In this document: in pieces, positions 22,801-34,536 of the stretch
Layout: each line of letters begins with the position of its first letter
Numbering within the stretch: the stretch's first letter is position 1
Source: Macrostomum lignano
Lineage: Eukaryota
Assembly (NCBI GenBank): GCA_002269645.1
Contig: NIVC01000555.1
Location: 1 to 64,000 of the forward strand
DNA length: 64,000 nucleotides
Direction of reading: 5' to 3'
Program-made: the position numbers and the translations under genes
The notes under the pieces: model-generated
Database searches by the model: none
The model's input: the letters and a program-made list of their open reading frames with translations, nothing else
Told to the model about the DNA's origin: nothing

Positions 22801-25267
22801 CCCCAGAAGCTGAGGGCTACCTGTCCTCAGACACCTCAGACTACCTGTGATTAAATCTCCATAAACTGATCTATAACCCTGCCCACCATGCCCGACCCTC
22901 CTCAGGTGGCCGACCAGCACCAGGACGAGGTGCGCTGCTGTCAATTCTCCCCAGACGGCCGCCACCTGGCCACCGGCTGCAAAGACGGCGCCGTGTTCAT
23001 CTGGCGCGTTGACGACCTGACGCTCCGACTGAGCGTTGCTAGGCGGTACCACATCGGCGAGGAGCGAGGCGGAGTGGCCTGTCTAGCTTGGTCTCCAGAC
23101 AGCCGACTGTTGCTGTGCTGCGCTGCCGAGGACAGCTCCGACGTGCTTGTCTGGTGCGTCTCTCCGCCGCCGCTGCTGCCGCCTGCGTCAGCTGCTGCTC
23201 ATCATCATTCCCTGTTGGCGGAGTCTCATCCTAACGGCGCTAGCGTGGTTGTTAACAGCGCCTCTGTGCTGAGCGGCGGCAGCTCGGAGCCGCAGCGATT
23301 CAGCCGGGGTGGCACGCCGGAAGAGTCGCTGACCACTGCGGCTTGGTTTCCCGACTCTGTGCACTTTGTTGCCGGGGGCATTCGAGGTAAGCTGTTGAGA
23401 ATCTCCCCTGAACAGACCTTAAGAATCTCCCTTAATCACCTTTGAGAATCTCCACTAAACACCATTGAGAATCTCCGCTAAACACCATTGAGAATCTCCG
23501 CTAAACACGATTGAGAATCTTCCTCAAACACTCCTGAGAATCTCCCTTAAAAACCTTTGAGAATCTCCCCTGAACAGCTTTGAGAATCTTCATTAAACAC
23601 CCTTGAAAATCTCTCTTAAACACTCCTGAGAATCTCCCTTAAACACCTTTGAGAATCTCCCCTGAACAGCCTTAAGAATCTCCATTAAACACCCTTGAAA
23701 ATCTCCCTTTAACACTCCTGAGAATCTCACTTAAACACTCCTGAGAATCTCCCTTAAACACTCCTGAGAATCTCCCTTAAACACTCCTGAGAATCTCCCT
23801 CAAGCACCATCGCTCCTAAAAACCCTTGACAATCGCCCCTAAACGCACCATCGCCCCCCACCTGCAGGCCAGTTCTACCTGTTTAGCCTGGAGGCCGGCT
23901 ACCGCAAATCCTGGGATTTCATTCGCGTAGTTGCCCTGGCAACCAGAACGGACCGCGACGGCAACACGGCCGCCTTGGCTGCAGATTCTTTCGGTCGAGT
24001 TCGGCAGTACAGGTTCGACACAATGCAAGACGAGACCCTGCTGCAGGAGGACGGCAGTATTATAGCCATGTGCCTGTCCAGAGACCAGCAGGTTGCCGCA
24101 TTGAATGTTGTCAACTCTGGCCTGCGGCTGTGGGATCTTCAGCATCGGGTCTGTCTGCAGCGGCTGGCAGGCCCTGGAATCAGTCAAGGCGGCTACTGTC
24201 TGCACGCCTGCTTCGGCGGGCTGACTGGCAACTTTTTGGCCTCCGGATCGCAGGACAATTGCGCCCATGTTTGGCGTATTGGAGGGGCCGACTCCCAGCC
24301 TGACAGGTGAGGGAGGGGTGTCTGAACTAGTCTTTGTGTGTGCTGGGGTAACTGGATGTTTTTGTGACCAGAATGTGCTAGGGTAACTGGATGTCTTTGT
24401 GACCAGAATGTGCTGGGGTAACTGGATGTCTTTGTGACCAGAATGTGCTAGGGTAACTGGATGTCTTTGTGACCAGAATGTGCTGGGGTAACTGGATGTC
24501 TTTGTGACCAGAATGTGCTGGGGTAACTGGATGTCTTTGTGACCAGAATGTGCTAGGGTAACTGGATGTCTTTGTGACCAGAATGTGCTAGGGTAACTGG
24601 GTGTCTTTGTGACCAGAATGTGCTAGGGTAACTGGATGTCTTTGTGACCAGAATGTGCTGGGGTAACTGGGTGTCTTTGTGTGTGCTGGGGTACCTACTA
24701 TAGGAATCGGGTGTCACTGTAGGAATTGGAAGTCACAGTGACCTACTGTAGGAATTGGAAGTCACAGTGACCTACTGTAGGAATTGGAAGTCACAGTGAC
24801 CTACTGTAGGAATTGGGGGTCACAGTGACCTACTGTAGGAATTGGGGGTCACAGTGACCTACTGTAGGAATTGGGTGTCACAGTGACCTACTGTAGGAAT
24901 TGGAAGTCACAGTGACCTACTGTAGGACTTGGGGGTCACAATGACCTACTAAGGAACAATGTGTCAAACTCCGCCCTGACTACCTCCCTACAGACTGTCG
25001 GGTCACTCGGGCATCGTGAACTCTGTAGCGTGGAATCCCCAGCACCACGGCATGTTGGTCACAGCCAGCGACGATTGCACAATTCGGGTGTGGCTGCCAA
25101 CCGGCCGGGCGCTGTCCGCCGCTGCAACCGACCACGGCTCCGGCGGGACCGCCGCTACCGACGGGTCTTCGGGACAGGCGTCGGCCAACCTGGCCTCGTC
25201 ACCGGCCACCCACTCGCCATCGGATTCCAACCCGGACGAAGACGATGATGACGGGATTTTGGAGTGA
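19877..25267 (+). CDS. WDR26: WD repeat protein 26 (GID7, CTLH E3 ligase subunit), ~647 aa; exons 19877-20176, 20916-21147, 21829-22046, 22906-23386, 23868-24306, 24994-25267
   Basis: LisH/CTLH region ([30 protein letters not shown]), [35 protein letters not shown] and [13 protein letters not shown]...[10 protein letters not shown]. Splice phases are consistent and the exons total 1944 nt. Confidence 0.93.
20265..20880. repeat. 22-bp minisatellite, WDR26 intron 1
   Basis: AAACCAAGAAATCCCCATTCCG-type units. Confidence 0.9.
21265..21660. repeat. ~29-bp minisatellite, WDR26 intron 2
   Basis: TTTTAGAGGGCCGGTATCCACCCCGTCTC units. Confidence 0.9.
22075..22845. repeat. 22-24-bp minisatellite, WDR26 intron 3
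   Basis: CTGGGGCTACCTGTCCACAGAGA units. Confidence 0.93.
23395..23805. repeat. ~23-bp minisatellite, WDR26 intron 4
   Basis: GAGAATCTCCCTTAAACACTCCT units. Confidence 0.9.
24335..24950. repeat. Two adjacent minisatellites (35 bp then 29 bp), WDR26 intron 5
   Basis: GGGTAACTGGATGTCTTTGTGACCAGAATGTGCTA units followed by CTACTGTAGGAATTGGAAGTCACAGTGAC units. Confidence 0.93.
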
Positions 25268-25341
25268 AATTTTTTTGGAATCTGTATAAATATTTGCTTT
25301 AACTTGATTAACTCTGTGTGCAGGGTGTGTTGTGCGCTATT

Positions 25342-25500
25342 GCCGATATGTATCGAAATTAACTTTGTCTAGCCTAGCAATTTATATCGCAGAGGGTTTA
25401 TTTGTTAGTTGCCGATATGTATCGAAAATAACTTTACAGCCTAGGATTTTAAATTTTAAACGTTTTTTTCTGCCGATATGTATCGAAAATAACTTATAGC
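25342..25500. repeat. Three spaced copies of GCCGATATGTATCGAAA downstream of WDR26
   Basis: Copies near 25343, 25411 and 25472; a degenerate copy near 25750. Confidence 0.7.
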
Positions 25501-26209
25501 TTAAACGTGGTGGATCTTTTTTTAAGTCCATGTTACATGATTAGAAGCTCTCGGGGCGATAGATATCGATAATTAACCAGAGATAAGTAGTTTAAGATAA
25601 CAGCAATTATTGCTAGCAGGAAACTATTTTAAGCTACTTAGTAAGTAGTCTGTGAATCGTCAGTCTTTCAATTTTCAATCTTCTAAGTTTGGTCTAAATA
25701 CATTTATACCTAACAGCGGATGTCTCAGAATTAATAACATCTAAACCTACCGATATGTATCTAAATTGCTAAGTTTTAAACGATTTTAAATAACGTATTT
25801 TTATTAGTAACATTAAGCGCACATGATATCAAATATTACTATAAGTAGTCGGTCATTTTGCCACACAGTACGTTCGCACTCCTGGCGTGTGCTGAGTGTC
25901 TTTCCAAACCTTTCTCAGCTTATTTTCCTTGCTTGTGCGTAAATCTTGCTTCACTTTCTCTCTGGTATAATTTCCCTTATTAATCTACTAATGTACTTGA
26001 GGCTCTAAAGATCCCACATTAAGTTTTCTTTTAGACGCGTTTCTTTAACCTTCAAATTCGTTTAATATTGATTTTTATATGTATCTGTATAACTGTGTAT
26101 TCTTATACAGTTTGTACTGTACTTGTTTAGGCTTCTGTATGTTGTCTAGTGTCCTTGGACAGATTTCATAGTGTCCTTGGGCCTGCATCCCTCCAGTCAC
26201 CCTTATCTG

Positions 26210-27482
26210 GTCTATCCACACTGACCCACCCCTGATCTATCCTCACTGACCCACCCCTGATCTATCCTCACTGACCCATACCTGATCTATCCTCACTGAC
26301 CCACCCCTGATCTATCCTCACTGACCCACCCCTGATCTATCCTCACTGACCCATACCTGATCTATCCACACTGACCCACCCCTGATCTATCCACACTAAC
26401 CCACCCCTGATCTATCCTCACTGACCCACCCTTGATCTATCCTCACTGACCCACCCCTGATCTATCCTCACTGACCCATACCTGATCTATCCACACTGAC
26501 CCACCCCTGATCTATCCACACTAACCCACCCCTGATCTATCCTCACTGACCCACCCTTGATCTATCCACACTGACCCACCCCTGATCTATCCACACTGAC
26601 CCACCCTTGATCTATCCACACTGACCCACCCCTGATCTATCCACACTGACTCACCCCTGATCTATCCACACTGACCCACCCCTGATCTATCCACTCTGAC
26701 CCACCCCTGATCTATCCACACTGACCCATCCCTGATCTATCCACACTGACCCATCCCTGATCTATCCACACTGACCCACCCCTGATCTATCCACACTGTA
26801 TCCACACTGACCCATCCCTGATCTATCCACACTGACCCACCCCTGATCTATCCACACTGACTCACCCCTGATCTATCCACACTGACCCACCCCTGATCTA
26901 TCCACACTGACCCATCCCTGATCTATCCACACTGACCCACCCCTGATCTATCCACACTGACCCACCCCTGATCTATCCACACTGACCCATCCCTGATCTA
27001 TCCACACTGACCCATCCCTGATCTATCCACACTGACCCACCCCTGATCTATCCACACTGACCCACCCCTGATCTATCCACACTGACCCACCCCTGATCTA
27101 TCCACACTGACCCATCCCTGATCTATCCACACTGACCCATCCCTGATCTATCCACACTGACCCATCCCTGATCTATCCACACTGACCCACCCCTGATCTA
27201 TCCACACTGTATCCACACTGACCCATCCCTGATCTATCCACACTGGCCCACCCCTGATCTATCCACACTGGCCCACCCCTGATCTATCCACACTGACCCA
27301 CCCCTGATCTATCCACACTGTATCCACACTGACCCATCTCTGATCTATCCACACTGACCCACACCTGATCTATCCACACTGACCCACCCCTGATCTATCC
27401 ACACTGTATCCACACTGACCCATCCCTGATCTATCCACACTGACCCACACCTGATCTATCCACACTGACCCATCCCTGATCT
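26210..27482. repeat. 25-bp minisatellite
   Basis: CTGATCTATCCACACTGACCCACCC x~50. Confidence 0.95.
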
Positions 27483-28539
27483 ACCCACCCGCTTACAATC
27501 AATATCTACCTATTTTTCAAATCCTCATCTCCATTCTCTGGCTCATTCTTCAAGTACCTGTTAGGCTTTTACCAACCATCTTAGGCCAGACCAACCCAAT
27601 CAAATCTTGGATTGTTGTCAAGGCAGTAGACTTGCATCCGCCTGTCCCTCAGCCTCGTGTGACTGACCGGGTCACGGGTTTCCTCAGCAGCAACTGTGCA
27701 ATGCTACAAACTATAATTTTTTTAAAGATGATTTTTAAAAAAAAAACTAAAAGCACCGCCTGTTTTTGATAAACAGCTGAGATATGTTCGTTTATCATAC
27801 TAGCAGTAGTAGCGCACTGAATCGCATTATGATTAACAACCATATACTGACATTTCGTTTTGACAACATAATATTCTGATAACTTGTGTACATACTGATT
27901 GAAAAGTACAATTCTTACGCTTTTTGATTACTATTATATCGTTCAGTGATCATTAATAATTAATTAACTTTCTCTAAGCTTGTCGACCATGTTGCAAAAT
28001 TATTATAAATCTGTCTAACAATTTACTATGAGTAGTGTAGGTAGTATGCGCTTGTCACTGATTTTGCTTTAACATTTTATATTAATCATAAATAAATATA
28101 TATACTACTGGAATACACTACTGATTGTTTGATTTGTTTGGTTATATTAATATCTACAGGTCTAATAAATTTCGATTAAGCTTGTCGATTTAATTGCATC
28201 ATTTAAATGATCATGTTTACATATTTGTTATTGGATAATTTTAATTAGCAAAATCAACAATTGATTACATAGATGGGGACAATTTGTTATGAGTTATCTC
28301 TGGGTATGTGTGGGCACAAGGGTGTTATGTGTGAGCACGGTGCTATGGATGATCACTGGGTGAAATGGTTTATCACGGTGTTATGTGCGATTGTGAAAAC
28401 GGGGGGTGTAATGGGTGAGCACCTGGGTGTTATGTTTCAACACAGTGTTATGGGTGATCACAGGGTGTTATCGATGATCACACGGTGTTATGGCTGAGCA
28501 CATGCTGTTATGGATGAGCAAAAGGGTGTGATGTCATGT

Positions 28540-29162
28540 TTGAGCACGGGGTGTTATGTGAGAGCACATGGTGTTGTGCGAGAGCACGGGGTGTTATGTG
28601 AGAGCACATGGTGTTGTGCGAGAGCACGGGGTGTTATGTGAGAGCACAGGGTGTTATGCGAGAGCACGGGGTGTTATGTGAGTGCACAGGGTGGTATGCG
28701 AGAGCACAGGGTGTTATGTGAGAGCACAGGGTGTTATGCGAGAGTACAGGGTGTTATGTGAGAGCACAGGGTGTTATGAGAGAGCACAGGGTGTTATGAG
28801 AGAGCACAGGGTGTTATGATCGAGAGCACAGTGTGTTATGGGTAAGCACGGGGTGTTATGTGAGAGCACGGGGTGTTATGTGAGAGCACAGGGTATTATC
28901 GGTGAGCACGGGGTGTTATGTGAGAGCACAGGGTATTATCGGTGAGCACGGGGTGTTATGAGAGAGCACAGTGTGTTATGGGTAAGCACGGGGTGTATGT
29001 GACAGCACAGGGTGTTATGTGAGAGCATAGGGTGTTATGTGAGAGCACAGGGTGTTATGCGAGAGCACAGGATGTTATGCTAGAGCTCAGGGTGTTATGC
29101 TAGAGCTCAGGGTGTTATGTGAGAGCACAGGATGTTATGCGAGAGCTCAGGGTGTTATGTGA
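28540..29162. repeat. 20-bp minisatellite, left part (interrupted by a gypsy element)
   Basis: AGAGCACAGGGTGTTATGTG units. Confidence 0.93.
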
Positions 29163-29199
29163 TTGAGCGTGCAATCCCAACACTCGACGACTACGACAA

Positions 29200-30048
29200 A
29201 TGGAAGACACCCAACGTCAACAACCTCCATCAGACACTCCACCTGCAGCAGCTTCTTCGGAGAACGCCATACCGGAACCGGTAGCGTCGGTACAACGCGC
29301 CACAATTAGACCACCGCCGTTCTACCGTCAAGCACCCGAGATTTGGTTCCGCCAACTCGAATCACAATTTACCCTGGCTGGAATCAGCTCCGCCAGCACC
29401 AAATTCCACCACGCACTGGCCGCGCTCCCGGAGGATGTTGCCTGCTACATCGACATAGACATCGTCGAATACAACCGACTCAAAACAGCTGTTCTAGACT
29501 CACTGCGCGCCAACCGCCACCAGCGTATCGAGGAAGCCCTTGCAGCAGTAGAACTCGGCGACAAACGCCCTTCGCAATTGGTAACTGACATTAAGCGCCG
29601 CTTCATCGAAGTGGGTTTAGCAGCCGACGAGTCTATCATCAAGTCACGCCTGCTCACGGCGCTCCCAACGCACATCCGTTCAGCGTTGGTCGGTCATGAA
29701 AACTCTCCGCTAGAAGACTTCGCCAAAATCGCCGACAGCATGTTAGCCGTCGCGGGCAGCCGAACTCCGTTTTTACCCATTCAGCGCACGTCCGAAGCCA
29801 GGGATTCGAGACCGCACGGCGCGTTCAAGCCTAGGCAGGCGTACGAAGGAGATCACCGGCAACAGCGATCCTATCGTAAGAGACCTAAGATCTGTAATGG
29901 CCATCTATTCTACGCTTCACAAGCCCGTACGTGCCGACCTTGGTGCAAATGGCCCGGTCCCAAACCCACAACGATGCTCAGCAGCCGCCAGACCACACCA
30001 GATCACTCGCGTGCAAACAGCCCAACTCTAGAAAGTGCTTCAAACTAG
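29200..30048 (+). CDS. gag: Ty3/gypsy Gag
   Basis: IRPPPFYRQAPEIWFRQLESQF, LGDKRPSQL and a C-terminal C..H....RTCRPWC knuckle. Confidence 0.85.
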   Translation: MEDTQRQQPPSDTPPAAASSENAIPEPVASVQRATIRPPPFYRQAPEIWFRQLESQFTLAGISSASTKFHHALAALPEDVACYIDIDIVEYNRLKTAVLDSLRANRHQRIEEALAAVELGDKRPSQLVTDIKRRFIEVGLAADESIIKSRLLTALPTHIRSALVGHENSPLEDFAKIADSMLAVAGSRTPFLPIQRTSEARDSRPHGAFKPRQAYEGDHRQQRSYRKRPKICNGHLFYASQARTCRPWCKWPGPKPTTMLSSRQTTPDHSRANSPTLESASN

Positions 30049-33000
30049 TCGGTCACGTGCCCTGGCCGACCCGTGACCAGAGCAAGGCCACCACTTTGTT
30101 ACTCCGTTGCAACGTTCTTCGCACCATGGTTTCATTTATTGTTGACACTGGAGCCGAACGGTCACTCCTGCCTCTACAGTACGTCCCTCAAAATCTGCTT
30201 ACTCCGACACCCGTGAAGTTGCGCAGCATTGGTGGACATGAGATCCGTACCTTTGGACAATGCTGCCTGACTCTCTCTATTCCGGGGCTCCGGCGACCAT
30301 ACCCAGCAACATTCATCGTCACTTATACGGCACCGATTCTCGGAGCGGATTTCTTCGTAAAGTTCGGTTTGATCATCGACCTTAAGTCGAGACGCATCAC
30401 AGACCCAGTAACGGAATTATCCACAGCCCTGAACTGCTCTTCCGATCCAGTTCCACAAATCAACGTGACAACGGAAATGGAACCATCAAACCCGCTCACC
30501 CAGTTTCCACGCGTACTAGAGGCGCCCGACTACACGACCCCATCCGCAACAGGCGTCCGACATCCGATCGAAACGGAAGGCGAGCCGATCTTCTGCCGAC
30601 CACGACCACTGTCACCGGAAAAGTTCACTGTTGCAAAGGAAGAGTTTGACAAGCTGCTTCGACTCGGAATCGTCCGACCATCTTCCAGCCCGTGGGCATC
30701 GCCCCTTCATATGGTGAGAAAAAAAGACGGGTCTTGGCGCCCTTGTGGTGACTATCGAGCTTTGAACGCCGTGACCAAGCCCGATCGGTACCCCATACCG
30801 AACATTAACCACTTCCACAACCAGCTGCATGGGTCGAAAGTATTCAGCACCCTTGACCTCGTCAAGGCCTATCACTTCGTCCCCATGGCTGAAGACGCGA
30901 TAGAAAAGACCGCAATCTGCACCCCTTTTGGATCTTTCGAATACCTTCGAATGCCCTTCGGACTGCGCAACGCAGCTAGCACGTTCCAGAGGTTCGTCGA
31001 CGCAATCTTTCGAGATTTCCCCTTTGTCGTTTCATACATCGACGACATCCTAGTGCACAGCACTTCTCGACAAGAACACGAGCAACATCTGCAAGCCATC
31101 CTTCAGCGTCTAACGGACAAAGGTCTGAGGGTTAACGCAGCAAAGTGTCAGTTCTTCCGAGACTCAGTGGAATTTCTGGGATACCTCGTATTAGCCGAGG
31201 GAATCAAGCCACTTCCCACTCGAGTGGAGGCCCTTCGCAAACTGCAGGCCCCGACCGATCAAAAGACGCTCCAGCGCTATCTGGGAATGTTTGGTTTCTA
31301 CCAACGTTGCATCCCCGCATACGCCCAAGTAGTACAGCCTCTTCGCCAACTCGTCAGTTCGAGTCAGTTCGTCTGGACGAACCAGCATGACGAAGCTTGG
31401 AAACTGCTTCAAAACAGCCTGGCTGAGGCCGTAACTTTAGCGTTCCCCGAACCTAGCGCAACGCTCACTATCACTACGGACGCAAGCTCAATGGCCTTAG
31501 GCGCAGCCCTACATCAAGTGGTAGACGACAAGTCTGCACCCCTAGCTTTTTACTCGCGCAAACTGTCGGATACCGAGAGAGCCTACAGCACGTTCGACAG
31601 AGAACTACTGGCTATTTTCGCCGCCGTCAAAACCTGGAAGCACATGGTCCAAGGTCGCCCTGTCACGGTGTTCTGTGACCACAAGCCAATCGTGGGAGCT
31701 TTCAAGAATCGGAAACAGCGTTTCTCTGACCGCCAACAGCGCCAACTATCAGCGATAACTGAGTACGTTCTCGACATTGTATACATCGCCGGTAAAGACA
31801 ACGTAGTAGCCGACGCACTGTCTCGTCCAGAACCATCCTCAGTTACCCAGACCAACAACGTGCGACTCTTAGAAGATGTCCCAACAGCCGTTGACCTTCC
31901 GGCTATTGCAAGAGCTCAGAAAGATCTAACGCCTGAAGACACTCCGGCCGGCCAGTTCAAGCACTTTGACATCGGAATCCCAGAGTGCCCGCTTCGCTGC
32001 GAGACTTCACAAGCCAACCCACGCCCTGAAGTACCAGGACCGCTTCGCCGAAAAGTGTTTGATTCGCTACACACTTTGGCGCACCCGGGAGTAAAAGCGA
32101 CACAGAGGCTTGTCGGATACCGTTTTTTCTGGCCCAATATGTTCGCCGACATCAAGAAGTGGGTCACTGAATGTGAGCGCTGCCAGCAATGCAAAGTTAG
32201 CAAGCATATTCACCGGCCGCTCCACCAGTTACCAGTACCATCGCAACGATTCACGACGGTGCACATCGACCTAGTCGGACCATTGACGCCGCCCGAATCC
32301 GACGCGGTTGGACCAAAACCCCGATACCTGCTGACCATGGTGGGTTCATACACACGCTGGATCGAGGCTACTCCCGTCATGGACACCACGGCTGAGACCG
32401 TCGCGCGGAATTTCCTAGCATCCTGGATTGCCCGCTTCGGACCACCGCTTACATTGATTAGCGACCAAGGGACGCAGTTCCGAGCCGAGCTCATGCAAAA
32501 CCTGACGCAGCACCTGGGGATTCACCATATCCGAACTTCTTCATACAATCCGCGAGCCAACGGCATCGTCGAACGCGCTCATAGAACGTTGAAGACGGGC
32601 CTAAAAGCACGCGGAAAATACTGGTTGAGCCAACTGCCTCTCGTTCTTCTTGGAATGCGTATCTTTGCGGACGAAACCGGATCATCACCTTTCTCACTTG
32701 TTACTGGAGAGCAACCCATGGTTCCGCAAGTAGTGGCCGACACTTCGACTCTGACAGAGCTATCGACCAAGCTCCACCAAATGTTTTTCCCCTACCGCCT
32801 ACCGCGAACTCGTCCGGTCCCCACCCATATGCCGACCGCGCTGGACTCCTGCACACACGTGTGGCTACGGTTAGATCGCGTGAGGCGTCCGCTTGAAGCA
32901 CCTTATCAAGGCCCGTTCGCTGTTCTTAGCAGACATGAAACAACAATGACGCTAGAGATCAACGGCCGGCCCACCACAGTGTCAATCGACCGACTTAAAC

Positions 33001-33146
33001 CAGCTACGCTACCGCCGCCGCCACCGGAGACCCTTCCAGAGCCTACTGCTCCGCCTAATGATTCACCAGCCGCTAATACTCGTTCAAGAAGTTCTCGCCA
33101 TGTTCGATTTGCCTCCCAGCCGTCGATAAAATACTTTACACCTTGA
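29931..33146 (+). CDS. pol: Ty3/gypsy Pol (PR-RT-RNaseH-IN), in the -1 frame relative to gag
   Basis: VDTGA, RPCGDYRALN, YIDDIL, TTDAS, the AHPG..C..C zinc finger, HIDLVG and SDQG; 1071 codons uninterrupted. Confidence 0.95.
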   Translation: MPTLVQMARSQTHNDAQQPPDHTRSLACKQPNSRKCFKLVGHVPWPTRDQSKATTLLLRCNVLRTMVSFIVDTGAERSLLPLQYVPQNLLTPTPVKLRSIGGHEIRTFGQCCLTLSIPGLRRPYPATFIVTYTAPILGADFFVKFGLIIDLKSRRITDPVTELSTALNCSSDPVPQINVTTEMEPSNPLTQFPRVLEAPDYTTPSATGVRHPIETEGEPIFCRPRPLSPEKFTVAKEEFDKLLRLGIVRPSSSPWASPLHMVRKKDGSWRPCGDYRALNAVTKPDRYPIPNINHFHNQLHGSKVFSTLDLVKAYHFVPMAEDAIEKTAICTPFGSFEYLRMPFGLRNAASTFQRFVDAIFRDFPFVVSYIDDILVHSTSRQEHEQHLQAILQRLTDKGLRVNAAKCQFFRDSVEFLGYLVLAEGIKPLPTRVEALRKLQAPTDQKTLQRYLGMFGFYQRCIPAYAQVVQPLRQLVSSSQFVWTNQHDEAWKLLQNSLAEAVTLAFPEPSATLTITTDASSMALGAALHQVVDDKSAPLAFYSRKLSDTERAYSTFDRELLAIFAAVKTWKHMVQGRPVTVFCDHKPIVGAFKNRKQRFSDRQQRQLSAITEYVLDIVYIAGKDNVVADALSRPEPSSVTQTNNVRLLEDVPTAVDLPAIARAQKDLTPEDTPAGQFKHFDIGIPECPLRCETSQANPRPEVPGPLRRKVFDSLHTLAHPGVKATQRLVGYRFFWPNMFADIKKWVTECERCQQCKVSKHIHRPLHQLPVPSQRFTTVHIDLVGPLTPPESDAVGPKPRYLLTMVGSYTRWIEATPVMDTTAETVARNFLASWIARFGPPLTLISDQGTQFRAELMQNLTQHLGIHHIRTSSYNPRANGIVERAHRTLKTGLKARGKYWLSQLPLVLLGMRIFADETGSSPFSLVTGEQPMVPQVVADTSTLTELSTKLHQMFFPYRLPRTRPVPTHMPTALDSCTHVWLRLDRVRRPLEAPYQGPFAVLSRHETTMTLEINGRPTTVSIDRLKPATLPPPPPETLPEPTAPPNDSPAANTRSRSSRHVRFASQPSIKYFTP

Positions 33147-33307
33147 TTCTACACTTCTTGACTTGACTTGATTCTACACTCCTTGATTACACTTGACAAT
33201 TTGATTCTAGAGAAGTAGCGCCATGAATCTGTTACCCCAAATTTCCCTCCTGTTAATTCTTTGTTTTAATCCTAGAAGTACTCCGTTATGGGGAAGGGGG
33301 AGTATCT

Positions 33308-34536
33308 TGTAGCAGCACCAAAGCATTCATCATTTATTCTAATTATTTCTTATTCTATATTCCAATCGCTTTAGTTCACCCATAGACACTTCTGTACTAT
33401 TCGTTCGCCCCAGCGCTAAATAGCCCCCAACGCAATGGTTGGTTATTCGTAAGTGAGACTTTAGGATAATAGTCCGGCTCACTCAGCCGCACTCATGAGC
33501 CGGACTATTATCCTAAAGTCTCACTTACGAATAACCGCATTGTCGAATTTCAGTGGGGCCATAGACAAAAAGCTAGGCATCGAAAGGAGAGAGGGGTTAC
33601 CGAGGAGAGAGAGACATAAAGACTGAGGTGGTTTACTGGAGTTTGGGCCATAGACAACGAAGTTGCAAACAGGCTGGGGGTTAAGAGGGTGGAAAGGAAG
33701 GAGATGTGGAGAGAAAGAGAGAATAAAACGTAAATAGCTACATTCGCTTGGCCATGGAGAACCAGACGTCATATCCGATCAACTGGGGCAATCTGCCTGT
33801 CGAAAGTTTAGCCAACGTATCTAGCAGCGAACTCAATTGGATCTCAAGACTTTCCACCTCTCAGAAGGACATGAAGGATAACGAAGACTTTTTGAACTTC
33901 TTGCACTTTCTTGAGACCTGGAATCGGCTGGGCATTCGATGAGCGAGATCATGGCTATCACGGGTCAAAAGTCCGAGAGCACGGTCCGGCGCTACCTGGC
34001 AGTTAAACGGGACAAGTCCCTGCAACAATGCAGCGATGCAGTGTCGCGTGCGTTGAACATGGGACAAAGCGCCGCGACCCACGGTCAAGTAACAATGCCT
34101 GCTGACATCAGCATCCAAAGTTCCATCGTGCAAGAAGCAGTGAGCGTGTCTGATGGTCGTCAGATGAACGGTCGGAATATCTTTATTATGAACAACTGCA
34201 CTTTCAACAATTGCAATCTGTAATGGTCTTCGGCACTATGACAATTGCGCCATATTGATACTGCACAATTAACTTTCCATAGCGCTAATCTTTTGTTGTT
34301 GGTGTTGCTGTTTTGTTCTAAAAATAGGCGTCCATTATCCCGAGTTTGAAATCATTATCCTGATGTTTAAGTGAAAAAATAAATAAATGTGCTCATGGTT
34401 TAACCATAGACGATTGCATTATCCTAAAGGCTGATTTTTGACAATGACAAAATATACTTTAAACCTCCCGCTTTTGCTAGCTATCTTCGAAGTGCCACAT
34501 ACACTCGTAAGCTTGTAGCGGTAACCTAACGCTACA
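33308..34536 (+). repeat. 3' LTR (enlarged by a nested insertion)
   Basis: Follows the PPT and has a terminal inverted hexamer TGTAGC/GCTACA. Confidence 0.75.
33421..34460 (+). mobile_element. Internally deleted Crypton-like (tyrosine recombinase) element; boundaries approximate
   Basis: 41-bp perfect inverted repeat (33441-33481 / 33496-33536). ORF 33939-34223 has IMAITGQKSESTVRRY (YR H..Y region, H replaced by Q) and ends in FIMNNCTFNNCNL. Confidence 0.65.

Larger units (their letters stand above)
29163..34536 (+). mobile_element. Ty3/gypsy LTR retrotransposon lacking its 5' LTR and PBS
   Basis: gag and pol ORFs, PPT GGGGAAGGGGGAG at 33290-33302, and a 3' LTR TGTAGC...GCTACA at 33308-34536. 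Confidence 0.92.

Noticed and set aside
19864-22813. ORFs built from the WDR26 intron 1 and intron 3 repeats
   Set aside because: Intronic minisatellites; the flanking exons splice in frame without them.
25342-27482. CRISPR-like appearance of spaced or tandem repeats
   Set aside because: Eukaryotic context, no cas genes, and no series of unique equal-length spacers.
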